Shown here: positions 8,554 to 11,088 of the stretch, one piece after another
Numbering within the stretch: the first letter of the stretch is position 1
How the letters are laid out: each line of letters starts with the position of its first letter
IMG/VR virus record: IMGVR_UViG_2744054872_000001
Coordinates: 1-11,088 of that record
From: a virus
Lineage: Duplodnaviria > Heunggongvirae > Uroviricota > Caudoviricetes
Reading direction: 5' to 3' (one strand)
Length of the DNA stretch: 11,088 bases
The notes under the pieces: generated by a model
Database searches by the model: none
Told to the model about the DNA's origin: nothing
The model's input: the letters and a program-made list of their open reading frames with translations, nothing else
Position numbers and translations under genes: made by a program

Positions 8554-8562
8554 TGATACAAT
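8554..8562 (+). promoter_or_regulatory. Candidate hok mRNA promoter: extended -10 TGaTACAAT, predicted start near G8569/8570
   Basis: TG at 8554-8555 plus TACAAT 8557-8562; predicted start coincides with the 5' element GGGUGCUUGAGG (8569-8580), which is complementary to the 3' element at 10289-10301. Confidence 0.4.
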
Positions 8563-8631
8563 CGCTGCGGGTGCTTGAGGCTATCTGCTTCAGGCATTAC
8601 CCGAAAAGCAGATAGAAGAAAGCCCCAGATA

Positions 8632-8690
8632 ACATTACGCGTCCTGCAAGACGCTTAACATTAATCTGAGGCAATATCTATGCTTAGCAT
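8632..8690 (-). ncRNA. sok: Sok-like antisense RNA (approximate ends) complementary to the mok SD and start region
   Basis: Minus-strand TTGACC (8724-8719), 18-bp spacer, weak -10 TAATCT (8700-8695); predicted transcript covers mok SD 8668-8671 and ATG 8680-8682; ends in hairpin GCGUC-UUGCAG-GACGC (8656-8641). Position inferred from hok/sok family architecture. Confidence 0.5.
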
Positions 8691-8886
8691 ACGTAGATTA
8701 GCCTCTTACCGACCAAAAGGTCAAGGAGAAGCAGGCTATGAAGCAGCAAAAAGCGATGTTAATCGCTCTGATCGTCATCTGTTTAACCGTCATTGTGACG
8801 GCACTGGTAACGAGGAAAGACCTCTGCGAGGTACGAATCCGAACCGGCCAGACGGAGGTCACTGTCTTCACAGCCTACGAATCTGA
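8680..8886 (+). CDS. mok: Mok-like overlapping reading frame (68 aa) that overlaps hok in another frame
   Basis: ATG 8680 with GAGG 8 nt upstream; covers hok in a different frame and ends 7 nt before the hok stop, as expected for mok. Confidence 0.6.
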   Translation: MLSIRRLASYRPKGQGEAGYEAAKSDVNRSDRHLFNRHCDGTGNEERPLRGTNPNRPDGGHCLHSLRI

Positions 8887-8893
8887 AAGGTAA
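8738..8893 (+). CDS. hok: Hok/Gef-family type I membrane toxin, 51 aa: MKQQKAMLIALIVICLTVIVTALVTRKDLCEVRIRTGQTEVTVFTAYESER
   Basis: Own translation of 8738-8893; AAGGAG 10 nt upstream; single TM helix plus the conserved RKDLCEV...R.G...V.F.AYE motif; close to HokC/HokD as recalled, exact paralog not assigned. Confidence 0.9.
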   Translation: MKQQKAMLIALIVICLTVIVTALVTRKDLCEVRIRTGQTEVTVFTAYESER

Positions 8894-8915
8894 GAGACCT
8901 GGCGGGGAGAGATCC

Positions 8916-10253
8916 CATAAGCGCTAACTTAAGGGTTGAACCATCTGAAGAATGCGACGCCTCGGTGCCTCGTTAAGACGATGCCTCGCGTTCTTCAATT
9001 GCGTTTTGTAGGCTGTCAGGGATACTGTCCCACGAATGGCCACCTGTAAGCTCCAGATGACCATTTTTGTTATTCTCCACAACGAGTTAGTTCTTCTTTT
9101 CGGATCCGGCACTTCTGGGGGGGAAATCCAGCGATGGCTGGATTATGTCGTCAATTAAAAATGCGGCGAGTAGATTAGCAAATATCCACGCTTTCGCGAG
9201 TTCAGGTTCCTTTGCACGCAAAGCATCCAGGTGCAGCAAACTTTTGAGCCGCTTAAAAGCCAGTTCAATTTGCCATCGCAGACGGTAACAATCAGCCACT
9301 TGCTCTGCTGAATATTCATCTTCCGGTAATGATGTTAGCAATAGCACATGGCCCGCTGCTTCCAGCGTTTCCGCCTGAACTACTCGTCCTTTTCGACGAT
9401 TCTCGCTGAGCAGTCGGGTTTTACTGATTAATGCTTTTTCGGGAGGAAGTGATACGGCAATGAGACGTGCCGGAAAGGGAGCTCCGGCTTTTTTATTACC
9501 TGAATTGCCTATCATTACAGTGGTTTCACCGTTCTTACCGCAATCCAGCCCGCGCAGAAAACCCATCATGTCAAAGCGCATTCCTTCTGCAGTTAACCAG
9601 CGCAATCCTCGCCAGTGAACCCGGACGATATAATCAGCTTCTCCAAAAGCAAGTGAGCGGATACATTCGGGACGCGAACCGAATCCCCGGTCAGCAATGC
9701 GTATCTCGTCTGCCGTTTGCGCAAATCGGTCCAGCCGTTCAGCGTCTCTGCTGTCGGTTAGCTCAAAATCAGTGAACTGACAGGTATGAGGATCATATCC
9801 CATATGTAGTCGCCATTCAGCGCTGCCGCCCCCGGGCGCACTGATTGCTGTTCCATCGACAAGACGCAATCTCTTTCCGCTTGTACAACCCGTAACTGCG
9901 GCGCGTACAGCAAGTGTTTGTGCGGCAAGTATGCCAAACCAGTCGGCGGCATTCCGCAGCCGCTTCAGGAGAGCCACGTCAGATAATGTTGCAACGTCAT
10001 GGAGCTGAGCCCATGCAGTGACTTCACGTAATGACATCCCCCCGGGCCGTAAGCCAGCCCCAGACGTAGCAGAGTTGCAGCATCACGAATTTCGCGGCGG
10101 CGGGTTAGAGCCCCGGCATTACGTGCCGAAGTATCCAGTTCTTCGGGCTTACCAATATGGGCCAGAATTGCTGACCAGTTATCGTGAGAGTAATTCATCG
10201 GCACGTTAAATCATATCAGGCGTAATACCACAACCCTTAAGTTAGCGCTTATG
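8916..10253 (-). mobile_element. IS186 (IS4 family), complete 1338-bp copy with terminal inverted repeats and 10-bp target duplication GGAGAGATCC
   Basis: Left end CATAAGCGCTAACTTAAGGGTTG (8916-8938) and right end CAACCCTTAAGTTAGCGCTTATG (10231-10253) are reverse complements; direct repeats GGAGAGATCC at 8906-8915 and 10254-10263; encoded protein matches IS186 InsL as recalled. Confidence 0.9.
9087..10198 (-). pseudogene. insL: IS186 transposase InsL, reading frame broken by a 1-nt deficit in a G-run (plus-strand C6 at 10038-10043)
   Basis: N-terminal 54 aa MNYSHDNWSAILAHIGKPEELDTSARNAGALTRRREIRDAATLLRLGLAYGPGG (from ATG 10198) are in one frame and MSLREVTAWAQLHD... (9087-10037) in the +1 frame; one extra G would restore a 370-aa ORF. 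Could be a true mutation or a homopolymer sequencing error. Confidence 0.8.
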
Positions 10254-10311
10254 GGAGAGATCCCCGCCACTCTTCGTGTGTCAGGTATCCTCAATGCACC
10301 CTTTCCTCTCC

Positions 10312-10338
10312 AAATAAAAAAGCTCCCGAAGGAGCTTT
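10312..10338 (-). terminator. Rho-independent terminator (AGCUCC-UUCG-GGAGCU + UUUUUUAUUU on the minus strand); likely bidirectional between the hok 3' end and the convergent minus-strand gene
   Basis: Perfect 6-bp stem 10321-10336 with tetraloop; strong U-tract on the minus strand, weaker on the plus strand. Confidence 0.6.
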
Positions 10339-10357
10339 AAAATACAAGGGATGACTC

Positions 10358-10708
10358 TTAATCCCACTCAATCCAGTTGTAGACGATACGAAGTGACGGG
10401 CGCACAGCGGCAGTCACATCTTCGGTACTAAAGTCGATTGCATCACTGTAGATTTTGCAGTCCAACATTTCAATTGTTGTAGCAGCTTTTGTCACAGCGT
10501 TAACCCCGGAAGCTTTGGATTCAGGGGTAGCAGCCATCGTGATATCAACATAGTCCTTCGCCGCAATGCGATCCTTAATGAACTGAAGAATATCGCCTTC
10601 GATAGTCTCCACGCACTGGACCTGGATTTCCCCAGAGTTTCGAATTGCTCCGTGCTGGTTGAACTTCACACCATTCGGACCATAGTCCTCCACATCCTCT
10701 CGAGTCAT
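10358..10708 (-). CDS. Hypothetical protein (116 aa from ATG 10708); the frame stays open upstream into the IS3-family end, so this may be a 5'-truncated remnant
   Basis: Stop at 10358-10360 followed by the terminator; no SD before ATG 10708; the frame is open from 10709 to the IS boundary at 10785. Confidence 0.4.
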   Translation of the reverse strand: MTREDVEDYGPNGVKFNQHGAIRNSGEIQVQCVETIEGDILQFIKDRIAAKDYVDITMAATPESKASGVNAVTKAATTIEMLDCKIYSDAIDFSTEDVTAAVRPSLRIVYNWIEWD

Positions 10709-10784
10709 TTCAGGGATTTGCGACGTGCGAACCAGTACGCTGATATCTTCATGGCCTGCAAAAGTGAGCTGGAATTCAGAAGAT

Positions 10785-11088
10785 TGAACCGCCCCGGAAA
10801 TCCTGGAGACTAAACTCCCTGAGAAAGAGGTAAACAGGATGACTAAAAATACTCGTTTTTCCCCCGAAGTCCGTCAGCGGGCGATTCGTATGGTTCTGGA
10901 AAGTCAGGATGAATATGACTCACAGTGGGCGGCAATTTGTTCCATTGCCCCAAAGATTGGCTGTACGCCGGAGACTCTGCGTGTCTGGGTTCGCCAGCAT
11001 GAGCGGGATACCGGGGGCGGTGATGGTGGGCTCACCAGCGCTGAACGTCAGCGTCTGAAAGAGCTGGAACGTGAAAATCGTGAACTGC
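10785..11088 (+). mobile_element. Left end of an IS3-family element (IS629/IS1203/IS3411-like), running off the window
   Basis: Terminal TGAACCGCCCCGG... at 10785 followed 53 bp later by an OrfA start; protein [64 protein letters not shown]...ELERENREL matches IS3-family OrfA as recalled. Confidence 0.8.
10838..11088 (+). CDS. IS3-family transposase OrfA (HTH + leucine zipper), 3'-partial at window end
   Basis: ATG 10838 with AAGAGG 8 nt upstream; open to the end of the window. Confidence 0.85.

Noticed and set aside
8924-10209. ORFs 8924-9112, 9467-9775, 9758-9952 and 10018-10209 inside IS186
   Set aside because: Alternative-frame or antisense ORFs within the transposase gene; IS186 is known to encode a single transposase.

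Overview
Mosaic enterobacterial (E. coli/Shigella-like) accessory region, probably prophage-derived, with five recognisable modules. (1) 202-1923: a tightly packed three-gene minus-strand operon of unidentified proteins at about 50% GC. (2) 1965-5050: an AT-rich island encoding three envelope-associated proteins on the minus strand: a SlyB-like glycine-zipper lipoprotein, a signal-peptide coiled-coil protein, and a membrane-anchored protein with a KPLx tandem-repeat linker and a DUF559 (Vsr-like endonuclease fold) domain. The last gene is bracketed by two copies of a GTAGAAT-N15-ATTCTAC palindrome. This island is my best candidate for an undescribed system; its function is inference only. (3) 4980-8400: two tandem paralogous KilA-C antirepressor genes, each preceded by a conserved box of about 45 bp, plus small accessory ORFs. 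(4) 8550-10340: a hok/mok/sok type I toxin-antitoxin locus split 22 bp downstream of hok by a complete IS186 (1338 bp, 10-bp target duplication) whose transposase frame is broken in a G-run. (5) 10785-end: the left end of an IS3-family (IS629-like) element abutting or truncating a minus-strand gene. No tRNA, rRNA or CRISPR array was seen. All calls rest on reading the sequence and recalled family signatures; no database search was run.
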